64,000 nucleotides of DNA, taken from assembly GCA_963668695.2 (NCBI GenBank), contig CAXXLQ010000004.1:3040001-3104000 (forward strand), in the 5' to 3' direction. Of this stretch, positions 1-9,272 are shown piece by piece; the stretch's first letter is position 1, and every line of letters starts with the position of its first letter. The notes under the pieces are model-generated. The model worked only from the letters and a program-made list of their open reading frames with translations. It ran no database searches and had not been told where the DNA came from. The translations under genes were made by a program, and so were the position numbers. The stretch comes from Vicinamibacteria bacterium. Lineage in GTDB: Bacteria; Acidobacteriota; Vicinamibacteria; Marinacidobacterales; Marinacidobacteraceae.

Positions 1-251
1 AGGACGTGTTGGGTTTGCCGGGTGCGATCGCTGCGGCGCTCCCCGAAGTAGTAGCCCAGCAGCCGCGCACGGGCGTTCAGATCCTGAGGGTTCGCCGTGA
101 GGTGCTGTTCGAGCGCGGCAGCCTGCTCTGACGTCAGCTCGCGACCTGCGAGCAGTTCGTCGAACAAATCCTCTTCGGAGGCAATACCCGGTGATCCGAA
201 CAGGATGGGCGCTGTCAGGGCGCCGACCAGGAAAATCCAGCGAAGCGACAT
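1..251 (-). CDS. Secreted hypothetical protein, possibly TPR/helical-repeat (runs off window edge)
   Basis: Manual translation from ATG at 251 with upstream GGAGG: MSLRWIFLVGALTAPILFGSPGIASEEDLFDELLAGRELTSEQAAALEQHLTANPQDLNARARLLGYY; signal-peptide-like N-terminus. Confidence 0.65.
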   Translation of the reverse strand, partial: MSLRWIFLVGALTAPILFGSPGIASEEDLFDELLAGRELTSEQAAALEQHLTANPQDLNARARLLGYYFGERRSDRTRQTQHV

Positions 252-446
252 GGCAGGCCTCCGGGAAGAGCGAAAGGTACCGAAACGCAAGCAAACCACA
301 GGCCATGGGGAGCAGGTGGCGCTTTGTCGTCCGGAGGCCGGTGTGTGGTCCGCGGAGAGGGAACCGCGACCTGCGCGGCGCGTAACGTTGACGGTGGGCT
401 CCGCTTGCGCGAACGTATGGCCTGAATCTCGCAACGACGACTCTCG

Positions 447-2906
447 ATGATGACGAAACGCCGGATGGCGGCGTGGATGATGCTGGCGGCCCTCACCGCC
501 ACCGCAGCGTCGGCCGCATCGCAGCAAGAACCCCGGATGCGGGAGGTCGCCGGACGCGTCACTGATGGCGTGACCGGCGCGCCGGTGGGCGGCGCGACTG
601 TGACGGCCGGCGATTCGACTGTTTTGACCGCTCCGGATGGGAGTTTCCGGCTACCGGCCGATGATGGTGCGCGGGTGCTCCAGGTGCTGGCGGACGGCTA
701 TTTCGAAGCCACGGTGCTCGCGAGTGAAACCGGGGAAACCGTCATCGAACTCCTGCCCCGGACCTTCGAAGAAGAGTCCGTCGAGGTAACGGCCGAGGCC
801 CCCGTGCTGGACCGCCCGGCGGCGACCCGGGTAGCCCCCAAGGAAGTCCTCGAGACTGCCGGCACGGTGGACAACATCTTCCGGGCGCTCGCGACCCTTC
901 CCGGGGTAGCGCCCACCTCGGACTTCGGAAGCTTCCTTTCGGTGCGCGGCGGGACTCCCGACCAGAACCTGACCCTCATGGACGGGGTGGAGATCCACAA
1001 CCCCTACCGGCTCTTTGGACTGGTCAGCGCTTTCAACCCGGAAACGATCACCGATTTCTCGCTGGTGGCCGGCGGGTTCGGGGCCAAGTACGGCGACCGG
1101 CTCTCTTCGCTGCTGGTGGTTCGCAACCGCCCCGGGCGCCGCGATTTCCAGGGCACCTCTTCGCTGAGCGTCACGGATGGAAACCTCGTTTTCGAAGGAC
1201 CGCTTCCGGGTGGTGGCTCCTGGCTCGCAACGGCCCGCCGGACCTACTACGACGTGGTGGTCGGCCGCGTCCTGGATCAGGATTTTCCCTCGTTCGCAGA
1301 CTTTCAGATCAAGGCGGACTGGGAGTTCGGTCCGGGGCATCGCCTGTCGTTCCTGGGCATCCGCAGCGGGGAGGACACTGATTTCTCCTTTGAAGCCGAG
1401 GACGGGGAAGACGAAGGACGCGTGGACTTCCTGGGCGATGTCGCGAACGAGCTGGGGGCCGTGCGCCTGGACGCACTCCTCTCGGAGCGAGTGACGGCGA
1501 CGACGGTCTTGTCGTGGTACCGGAACACGGAGTTGCTGGACTTCGAGGCCGACATCTACACCGAGAACCGGGTCGTGAACGTTGAAGATTCCGAACGGCA
1601 GGACCTGCTCACCACGATCGGCTTCGACCGGGAGCGGGCGGTCCGCGACCTGGCCCTCCGCCAGGAGCTCGGTGTCCAGTTCGGGGACCGCCACTTCGTC
1701 GAGACCGGATTCGAACTCCACGGGATCGACTCCTCGCTGTACCAGAATGTCCGGGGCCCCAGGAACGAGTCGGAGGCGAATCCCAGCAGTATCCAGGGTG
1801 GTTCCGCGCTCCCCGATCTTCTGGAATCGAACCTTTCCGGGTCACGCGGAGGCGCCTGGATCCAGGACGCCTTCCGGCCCTCGGAACGCTTCACGGTGGA
1901 GCCGGGGCTCCGGCTCGAGTGGAGCACGCTGAACGGCCGGGCGACGCTCTCTCCGCGTTTCGCGGCGGCGTGGGATTTCGGAAGCGGTATCCAGGCCCGC
2001 GCGGCCGGGGGCGCGTACACCCAGAGCCCGGGCTGGGAGAAGCTGACCTCCTCGGACTACTTCCTGGACCTCAACGCGATCGGAGACCTCGCTCACGAAC
2101 GCGCGCACCACGCGGTGGTGGGCCTCGAAAAAACCTTCCCGAACGGGACCCGGCTCCGCGTGGAGGGCTACTGGAAGCGCTTCGAGGACCTGCTCGTCGG
2201 CCGGCTTGAGACCGACGCCGAACGGCTCGCCCGACTCGCCGCATATGACTTTCCCAAGGAACTGGCGCCGAGCGTGCCGACCGCCGCCCGGATCACCATC
2301 AACCCGGTGAACGGGGGCGGGGGCATCGCCCGCGGAATCGACGTCTATCTGGAGAGACTTGACCCCGCAGCCCGGGTGGCCGGGTGGATTTCCTACGCGT
2401 ACGGGAAGTCGGAGCGGGAAACGTACGGCCTGCGCTATCCCTTCGAGTACGACCGGCCCCACGCGCTGAATCTCGTGGGGAGACTCGGTATCACCGATCG
2501 CCTGAGTCTGGCCGCCACCGCCCGGGCGGCGAGCGGGTTTCCCTATACCCCGGCGGTCGGGGTCCGGGTGGCGGCCATCCGCGACGAACGCGATCGGCTC
2601 GTGCCGGAGACCGACGACCAGGGGAACCTCGCCTACGCGGTGGATCTCGGGGGGCTCGAGAACCTGCACCGCGCCCGGCTTCCGCTCTACGCGCGGCTCG
2701 ATCTGCGCCTCACCTACCGCCACGGTGGCCCTGGGGGCCGCTGGTCGGCCTACGCCGAGGCCATCAACGTCCTGAATCGGGACAACGGGGTGGACATCGA
2801 CCAGCGGGTGATGGCGAACCCCGGCGCGGAGCTTCCGACGGTCGAAGAGATCCCCGCCTTCGGGTTTCCGTTCGTCCCGACCATCGGGTTCCGCGTGCGG
2901 TTCTGA
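447..2906 (+). CDS. TonB-dependent receptor with N-terminal carboxypeptidase-regulatory-like domain
   Basis: Signal peptide; plug motifs LPGV, VRGG, DQNLTLMDGVEI; beta-barrel; C-terminal F. Confidence 0.9.
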   Translation: MMTKRRMAAWMMLAALTATAASAASQQEPRMREVAGRVTDGVTGAPVGGATVTAGDSTVLTAPDGSFRLPADDGARVLQVLADGYFEATVLASETGETVIELLPRTFEEESVEVTAEAPVLDRPAATRVAPKEVLETAGTVDNIFRALATLPGVAPTSDFGSFLSVRGGTPDQNLTLMDGVEIHNPYRLFGLVSAFNPETITDFSLVAGGFGAKYGDRLSSLLVVRNRPGRRDFQGTSSLSVTDGNLVFEGPLPGGGSWLATARRTYYDVVVGRVLDQDFPSFADFQIKADWEFGPGHRLSFLGIRSGEDTDFSFEAEDGEDEGRVDFLGDVANELGAVRLDALLSERVTATTVLSWYRNTELLDFEADIYTENRVVNVEDSERQDLLTTIGFDRERAVRDLALRQELGVQFGDRHFVETGFELHGIDSSLYQNVRGPRNESEANPSSIQGGSALPDLLESNLSGSRGGAWIQDAFRPSERFTVEPGLRLEWSTLNGRATLSPRFAAAWDFGSGIQARAAGGAYTQSPGWEKLTSSDYFLDLNAIGDLAHERAHHAVVGLEKTFPNGTRLRVEGYWKRFEDLLVGRLETDAERLARLAAYDFPKELAPSVPTAARITINPVNGGGGIARGIDVYLERLDPAARVAGWISYAYGKSERETYGLRYPFEYDRPHALNLVGRLGITDRLSLAATARAASGFPYTPAVGVRVAAIRDERDRLVPETDDQGNLAYAVDLGGLENLHRARLPLYARLDLRLTYRHGGPGGRWSAYAEAINVLNRDNGVDIDQRVMANPGAELPTVEEIPAFGFPFVPTIGFRVRF

Positions 2907-2915
2907 CGGGCGGTT

Positions 2916-2996
2916 TCAGGGCCGCGGCCCGCCCGTGCCGAACCCGGTCACGCCGATCCGGCGGGGGACGTAGTGATCGGGATCCACCGTCCGACG
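2916..2996 (-). pseudogene. Remnant of an amidohydrolase paralog 3' end
   Basis: Encodes RTVDPDHYVPRRIGVTGFGTGGPRP*, nearly identical to the C-terminus ending at 4494. Confidence 0.7.
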
Positions 2997-3025
2997 GCAG
3001 AACCTGCGGCCGTGACCCTCCCGGA

Positions 3026-4120
3026 TCAGTAGCCCACGAAGTCGAGGGCCGGTGATCCGAATCCCGCAATCAGCAGCAGACTGACGGCTCCCACCACTGC
3101 GGCGGCGAAGAGCCCGAAGAGAAACGGACGGAGGCCGATGCGGCGCAGGCCGGCGAAGCTCGACTGCAGCCCCACCCCCGCCATGGCCATGAGCAAACAG
3201 GTTTCGGCTGCATGGCGGAAGAACACAACCGTCTGCCCCCAAACGTCCGGATCGAGAAAACCGAATGGCTGATCCCCGTGATCGCCGAGCGTGCGGAGGG
3301 CGGAGCACGCCGCGAACGCGATCACGAACCAGGGAATCATGCGCAGCCAGGCGCGGGCGCCCGGAGATCCGACCGACCGCGTTTCGCCGAAGAGAATGCC
3401 GGCCAGCGGGATCAACGCCAGCATCGCAAGGTTCCTCACCAGTTTGGTGACGGTGGCGACATCGAGCGCCACCGGAGCGCCGTACTGGGCCTGGTACATC
3501 ACGCCAGCCCCCGCAACCTGGGCGGTTTCGTGGATGGACACCCCGAGGAAAAGTCCGGCAAGTTCCGGCCGGCCGGCAAAGACCGCGTTCGCGAGGATCG
3601 GGTATCCGAACATCGCGGCGATCCCGAACACAGTGATGCAGGAAACGGCGTAGCCGACCTCGGCCTGTTTGGCTCGAATCAACGGCGCGGTAGCGACGAT
3701 CGCGGTGGCCCCACAGATACTCGTCCCGGCTGCGATCAACCCGGCCAGGGTCCGCGAGAGCCCGAGGCGCGGTCCCAGGAGCCGGACCACGCCGACGCCA
3801 GCGACGATTGCCATCACGACGAAGGGCAGGGCCGCCAGGGTGAATCTGCCGGCAGCGAGGAGGCTCAGGCGAAAGCCGAGCAGCACGATGCCGAGGCGCA
3901 GGATCGTGGTCGAACAGAATCGCAGTCCCGGCGTTGTGGTCCGCGCCCAATCGGACACATTGGAGACGACCATGCCGAGGACGATGGCCAGCACGATCGG
4001 GCTGATCGGACTGCCCGAGAGTCCGAGCAGCGACTCCGCGATCCATCGCGCGGAAAACGTGGCGGCTGCCGAGACCAGCGCCGCCAGAGCCAGTCCGGTC
4101 CAGAAGGGGGGCGATCGCAT
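3026..4120 (-). CDS. YeiH / putative sulfate exporter family membrane protein
   Basis: Motifs GTSICGATAIVA, SIHETAQVAGAG, ATVTKLVRN; multiple TM helices; start taken at MRSPPF (ORF extends to 4186). Confidence 0.88.
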   Translation of the reverse strand: MRSPPFWTGLALAALVSAAATFSARWIAESLLGLSGSPISPIVLAIVLGMVVSNVSDWARTTTPGLRFCSTTILRLGIVLLGFRLSLLAAGRFTLAALPFVVMAIVAGVGVVRLLGPRLGLSRTLAGLIAAGTSICGATAIVATAPLIRAKQAEVGYAVSCITVFGIAAMFGYPILANAVFAGRPELAGLFLGVSIHETAQVAGAGVMYQAQYGAPVALDVATVTKLVRNLAMLALIPLAGILFGETRSVGSPGARAWLRMIPWFVIAFAACSALRTLGDHGDQPFGFLDPDVWGQTVVFFRHAAETCLLMAMAGVGLQSSFAGLRRIGLRPFLFGLFAAAVVGAVSLLLIAGFGSPALDFVGY

Positions 4121-4255
4121 CGTCTGCTTTGTCCGTTCCCACTCTCGGTGGCGGTTTAGCCTACCCGCACCGTCCCGCCGCCGCATCCGAGGGTGAAGCC
4201 GGGGACGGTGGCGAAACTGGCGCAGTTCCCCTTTCCGCGACGCCGCGGGCGCTGC

Positions 4256-4497
4256 CTAGCAGCCTGTGGATAAAGTGACGTGAGCGCCGAGGCCCCCACC
4301 GGGAGAACTGGCCGGTGAGGCGCCCGGCTGACAAGGCGCGTGAGGGAGGAGCCCCCACCGGGAGAACTGGCCCGGGTGTATTCCGACTGAAACGCAACGC
4401 AGAGCGCCGCAAAGCGGCGCGGTTCAGGCGGGATGCATCGCCGGTCGAGCCCCCACCGGGAGAACTGGGCCGCGTGACTCTGTCCACAGGCTGCTAG
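4256..4497. mobile_element. MITE-like element, copy 1
   Basis: Terminal inverted repeats CTAGCAGCCTGTGGA...TCCACAGGCTGCTAG; shared core GCGCCCGGCTGACAAGGCGCG. Confidence 0.8.
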
Positions 4498-5836
4498 GGC
4501 CGCGGACCGCCGGTCCCGAAGCCGGTCACACCGATTCGGCGGGGGATGTAGTGGTCGGGGTCCACCGTCCGGTGATAGACGATGCGGCCGTTGCTCATGA
4601 CGAACATGGGCTCGTGGGTCGCGTAGATGTCCTCCAGCGGGTTGCCGTCCACCGACACCAGATCAGCCTCCAGACCGACCTCGATCGCCCCGGTGCGGTC
4701 TCGGATCCCATAGACCTCGGCAGAGCGGATCGTCGCGGACTGGAGCGCCTGCAGCGGTGTCATGCCCATCTCCACGAAGTGGGTCATCTCCCGGTAGATC
4801 CGGACGTTGGTGCGAGGGCCGTATTGGGTGTCGGTCGCGGTGATGATGGTGACTCCGAGTTCGAGCGCCCGCCGGAAACCCTTTTCCAGGTAGTGGAGCA
4901 GGTGGGTGCCGCGCTGAAGCTCGCCGAGGATTCGTAGTCGTCGTGGGGCAGGAGGAAGCCCACCACCGAGGTGTAGGTCGGCACCCATGCGGTCCCCATC
5001 TCCAGCATCAACTGCAGTCCCTCCTCGTCCACGTAGGAACCGTGCTCGATGGTCGCGCAACCGGCGATGATGGCGTTGCGCACGACTTCCTTGCCGTGGG
5101 AATGGCAGGCCACCTTCACCCCGAGCGCGTCCGCCTCTTCCACAATGGCGGTGAGTTCCTCGACGCTGTAGACCATCATCTTGGGATCGGGCCCGTTCGG
5201 GCCCGAGGTAGTGCCTCCGGAACGGGTCTTGATCCAGCGGGCGCCCCGATCCACGTCCACCCGGACCACCTCGCGGACCGCCTCGGGGCCCTTCACCTGT
5301 TTGTGGAGGTACTTGTAGAGCCGCGGATCGGCGAGTGCCGACTCGCCGAGACTCGGCAGCACGTAGACGCCGGCGGCGAAGATCTCGGGACCGGCGATAT
5401 ATCCCTTCTCGACCATGTCATTCATCCGGACGTCGAGATAGCTGCCTACCGCGGCGCTCTTCATGGTGGTGACGCCCGACTCCAGGGCCCGGTAGAGACC
5501 ATCCAGCGTGCGTCCGTGCCAGTGGGCGTCGAAGAGGCCGGGCATCAGATGCCGGCCTCCCAGGTCCAGCACGTGGGCCCCCTCGGGAGGAGGATCGGTG
5601 CTGACGGACTCGATGAGGCCGTCGCGGACCACCACCACGGCGTCCTCCAGGACGGTGCCGTCCACGACGTTCACCACGTGGGTGTTGACGAGCGCGACGT
5701 GGGGTTGCGGCAGGACGGCGTCCTCGCCGGGGAGGTAGGGGACCGTCGGTTGCGCGAAGGCGCTACCAGCGGCAAGGACTGCGGATGCGGCCAGGGCCGC
5801 GTGGGAAAACCGTGTTGTGGAAAACCGTGTTGTCAT
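4494..5836 (-). pseudogene. Secreted metal-dependent amidohydrolase, frameshifted near 4920
   Basis: 5' ORF has MPGLFDAHWH, IKT, ACHSHG, TIEHG; 3' ORF in another frame has ITATDT, PLQALQSAT, GAIEVGLEADLV. Confidence 0.85.
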
Positions 5837-5898
5837 GGGGAAGTTCCTCCGGAACCCGATGGTATGTTCAGGACGCCACGCGGGCGAAGGAGAAGACC

Positions 5899-7182
5899 AT
5901 GCATCGAAGGGCCTTCCTGGGAGTTGCGGGCGGTGCCTTGACGGCGCTGCACGCGGATGCTGAGGAGCGCATCGGCAGGGCAGTCGCGCGGCTTGGCGCC
6001 CAAAACGCGGCCGAGGCGGCCCAGGACGAGGATTTCTGGTTCCGGGTACGCGACGCGTTCACCATCGACCGCAACCACATCAACTTCAACTCAGGCAGCG
6101 TGAGCCCGGCGCCGGCGTCCGTCCAACGCGCGATGAAGCAGTACTGGGACATCACGAACATGGGTCCCTCGCTCTACGTGGACGAGCTGCTCGGGCCCCG
6201 CGTCGAGGTGGCGCGGCGCCGGCTGGCAGAGACCTTCGGCTGCGGGACCGACGAGTTGGCGTTCACGCGCAACGCCAGCGAGGCGATGGAGATCGTCCAG
6301 TTCGGGCTACCGCTGAACGCGGGCGACGAGGTGCTCACCACCACCCAGGACTACCCGCGCATGCTCATGACCTTCCGGCAGCGCGAGCGTCGCGACGGGA
6401 TCGTCCTCCGAACGGTGCCGTATCCGACGCCGCCGGAGGATCTCTCCGAATTGACCGGGATCCTGGAGCGGGCGATCACTCCCAGGACGAAGCTCCTCCT
6501 GATTTGCCACACCACCTTCACCACCGGGCAGATCTTCCCGGTGGGGGAGATCTGCCGGATGGCGCGCCGGCATGGCATCGAGACGCTGGTGGACGGCGCC
6601 CACGGTTTCGCGCACTTCCCCTTCACACGGGACGAACTCGACTGCGACTACTACGGGACGAGCCTCCACAAATGGCTCTTCGCGCCCGTCGGTACCGGGT
6701 TCCTCTACGTGCGCAAAGAGAAGATCCCGAAGGTCTGGCCACTCATGAGCGCGCCGGCGAGTCAGGAGGACGACATCCGCAAGTTCGAACAGATCGGGAC
6801 GAACCCGATCGCCGTCCGTGGCCCGATCACCGAGGCAGTGACCTTCCACGAGGGGATCGGGGCCGAGCGGAAGGCGGAGCGGCTCGTGTACCTGCGGCGG
6901 CGCTGGGCCGAGCGGGTCAAGGAGCTGCGCGGCGTCCGGGTGCTAAACCCGCCGGACATCAAGCAAGCCTGCGGGATCGGCGCGATGCGCATCGAGGGGG
7001 TGGACTCGGGCGTGTTGACCGACTTTCTGGAGAGGAAGTACCGGATCCACGTGCGGCCGCGCTTCGTGCAGGGCGAATTCGACTGCATCCGAATCTCGCC
7101 GAGTGTCTTCTCCACCCTTGAGGAGGTGGACCTCTTCGCTTCCGCAATCGAAGACGCGGCGCGAAACGGCGTGTCGGCGTGA
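5899..7182 (+). CDS. Aminotransferase class V (PLP) with twin-arginine N-terminus
   Basis: MHRRAFLG; DGAHG; TSLHKW (PLP lysine); AAGGAG RBS before ATG 5899. Confidence 0.9.
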   Translation: MHRRAFLGVAGGALTALHADAEERIGRAVARLGAQNAAEAAQDEDFWFRVRDAFTIDRNHINFNSGSVSPAPASVQRAMKQYWDITNMGPSLYVDELLGPRVEVARRRLAETFGCGTDELAFTRNASEAMEIVQFGLPLNAGDEVLTTTQDYPRMLMTFRQRERRDGIVLRTVPYPTPPEDLSELTGILERAITPRTKLLLICHTTFTTGQIFPVGEICRMARRHGIETLVDGAHGFAHFPFTRDELDCDYYGTSLHKWLFAPVGTGFLYVRKEKIPKVWPLMSAPASQEDDIRKFEQIGTNPIAVRGPITEAVTFHEGIGAERKAERLVYLRRRWAERVKELRGVRVLNPPDIKQACGIGAMRIEGVDSGVLTDFLERKYRIHVRPRFVQGEFDCIRISPSVFSTLEEVDLFASAIEDAARNGVSA

Positions 7183-8396
7183 GTTCCGGGGACGGCGTGC
7201 GCCGCCGGGAATTCCTGCAGGGGGCCATCGCAGCGCTCCCGGCAGCCGCCGCCTGCGGGGGCGGCTCCGGGGGAGAGCCGCCACCCGAGGCCCAGCCCCC
7301 CACCGGGTCCGGCCCGCCCTCCGGAGTCGCGCTCTGGGGCCAGGACCTCGGCCTCGGGGAGGCTTATCGCGGTGACGGGAGCCAGACCGAGGTCGAGCTC
7401 TATGTCACGAAGTGCGCAGACCACGGGGTTTCTCGCGTCTTTGCGCCCGGAGCCTCCGCCGAACTCGTCGAGGCGGGCGCCACGGTGGGGGTCGAGGTCC
7501 ACCCCTACAAGGGGGTCGCTTCGCACGGCGGCATCCGGATGTATCCCGCGTGGTCGTCCAACTTCATGGTGCCCCGCTTCGGGACCGAGGAGGGACGGGA
7601 GATCCTGAACGCCCATCGGCCGATCTGGAGCCACCCGCAGCGGATCGAGAGCCTGAGCGATTTCCTTCGCGAGAATCCCGAGCATCGCCACCGGAATCGG
7701 CAACTGACTGACGAGTTGAAGCCCTACGAGCGGGTGTTCCTCAGCCCGGGACTGCCCGGAGGCCGGGCCGAGGAAGCCCGAGCCTTCTCGGATCTTCTCT
7801 CCCGCAGCGGCGGGCGCGGCATCCAGGCGGAGTTCGTCTCCATCAACGAGGATGAGAACGGGGTCACCACCGACGGCTACGAGGACTCGATCGCCGGCGC
7901 CTTCCGGGAGGCCACCGGCCGCGATCCGTTCGAGCTACCGAACGGCGATCCCCAGTGGGTGCAGTTCCGTGCCGACCGCTGGACCGACATGGTGCGCGCG
8001 ATCCGGGATGCGGTCAAGGCGGTCCGTGCGGATGCCGTCTTCACCATCACCGTCATCAACCGCGACGCGGACGGCTACGTCCCGCGGATCCAGGACTGGC
8101 CGGCCTGGGTGGAGCAGGGGCTTTGCGACGAGATGCACCTCTGGTTCCGGTCCACCACCGACCTCCCGACCATCGAACGGCACTGCCGCCACTTCGTGGA
8201 CACGGTGGCCGGCCGCATGCCGGCGGTGGCCGAGTTCTCGTGCTACCACCCAGGAAGCATCCAGGATGCGGCAACCATGATGGAGGCGGCCCGCATCGCG
8301 CGCGGCGCCGGGATGGATGGGCTGGGGATCTACCGCAGCCACGCGGTGGAGCAACTCGAGTTCTGGCCGTTACTGGAACAGATGACGCAGCTCTGA
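7179..8396 (+). CDS. Tat lipoprotein, glycoside-hydrolase-like TIM barrel (GHL10/DUF187-like)
   Basis: RRREFLQG...AAAC; WVQFRADRWT; QDWPAWVEQGLCD. Confidence 0.65.
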   Translation: MSSGDGVRRREFLQGAIAALPAAAACGGGSGGEPPPEAQPPTGSGPPSGVALWGQDLGLGEAYRGDGSQTEVELYVTKCADHGVSRVFAPGASAELVEAGATVGVEVHPYKGVASHGGIRMYPAWSSNFMVPRFGTEEGREILNAHRPIWSHPQRIESLSDFLRENPEHRHRNRQLTDELKPYERVFLSPGLPGGRAEEARAFSDLLSRSGGRGIQAEFVSINEDENGVTTDGYEDSIAGAFREATGRDPFELPNGDPQWVQFRADRWTDMVRAIRDAVKAVRADAVFTITVINRDADGYVPRIQDWPAWVEQGLCDEMHLWFRSTTDLPTIERHCRHFVDTVAGRMPAVAEFSCYHPGSIQDAATMMEAARIARGAGMDGLGIYRSHAVEQLEFWPLLEQMTQL

Positions 8397-8420
8397 GGGG
8401 CCAGGGTCACGCGGCCCGGG

Positions 8421-9272
8421 TTACTCCGGATCGTTCATCCGCACGAGGATCAGCGTAGCGAACGGCCTTTCCCGGATGCCCGAGGGCAGTTCGCGGATGG
8501 GACCGATCGGCGCGTGCGGGGTCACGTCGGCGTCCGAGGCCGTGAAGGTCGCCCCGCTGTCGGTTCCGGCGTCGTAGCCAACGAGTTCCAACTCGATCCG
8601 CTCCCGCCAGCAGCCTTCGTCTTCCATCAGGGGCACCCCGTTCACCCCGACGAACCAGTCCGGGCTGGGGGCGATCATCGAGACCAGAGTCACCAGCGGC
8701 CGCTCGGCGTCGGCGTCGAAGGCGAACGAGACCGATCCGGGCGACCGAAACGACGACTCGGCGCTGTTCAGGCAGAGGCCGCTGCGCCCGCGGTCGGCTT
8801 CCGCCTGGATCTCCCGGCAAAGTGTGGACACGCTCCCGGTCTCCGCCATGCTCTCGATGCCCGGCGTTGCGATCCCGCCGGGGTTCCAGAACGAGACCTC
8901 CGGCAGGTGGGTGGCCCCGACCACGCGGGAGAAATGCGCCCCGGACGGGAAGGGCGGGCGGTTGCCGTGCGACGCCGCGCCCCAAACCGCCCGGAAGGTC
9001 ACCCCGTACTGCGCCGATGCCGGACATTCGGGCGCCGGGGTAGGCATCGGTTCCGGGGTGGGCATCGGCTGCGGGGCGGGGGCGGGGGTCTCCACCGGCG
9101 CGGGGGCTGACGGGGGTGCGGGCGGGACGGCCGGCGCCTCGGCGCCACAAGCGAGCACCAGGAGCACGGGGGCTGCCCGGAGTGGGCCGCAGGCGACTCG
9201 GAAGGACGGCGCAAACATTCGCCAGGAAGCTACCGCGACCTCCGGCCGGCGCCCCGCGGTGATTGCGGTCAA
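8421..9272 (-). CDS. Spondin_N domain lipoprotein
   Basis: HFSRVVGATH, MAETG, SMIAPSPDWFVG, YDAGTDSG; lipobox LVLAC; Pro-rich linker; start uncertain. Confidence 0.88.
   Translation of the reverse strand: MTAITAGRRPEVAVASWRMFAPSFRVACGPLRAAPVLLVLACGAEAPAVPPAPPSAPAPVETPAPAPQPMPTPEPMPTPAPECPASAQYGVTFRAVWGAASHGNRPPFPSGAHFSRVVGATHLPEVSFWNPGGIATPGIESMAETGSVSTLCREIQAEADRGRSGLCLNSAESSFRSPGSVSFAFDADAERPLVTLVSMIAPSPDWFVGVNGVPLMEDEGCWRERIELELVGYDAGTDSGATFTASDADVTPHAPIGPIRELPSGIRERPFATLILVRMNDPE

Noticed and set aside
2916-4142. 408-aa ORF overlapping yeiH
   Set aside because: Alternate frame of yeiH; only its last ~26 codons are meaningful, as a paralog remnant.
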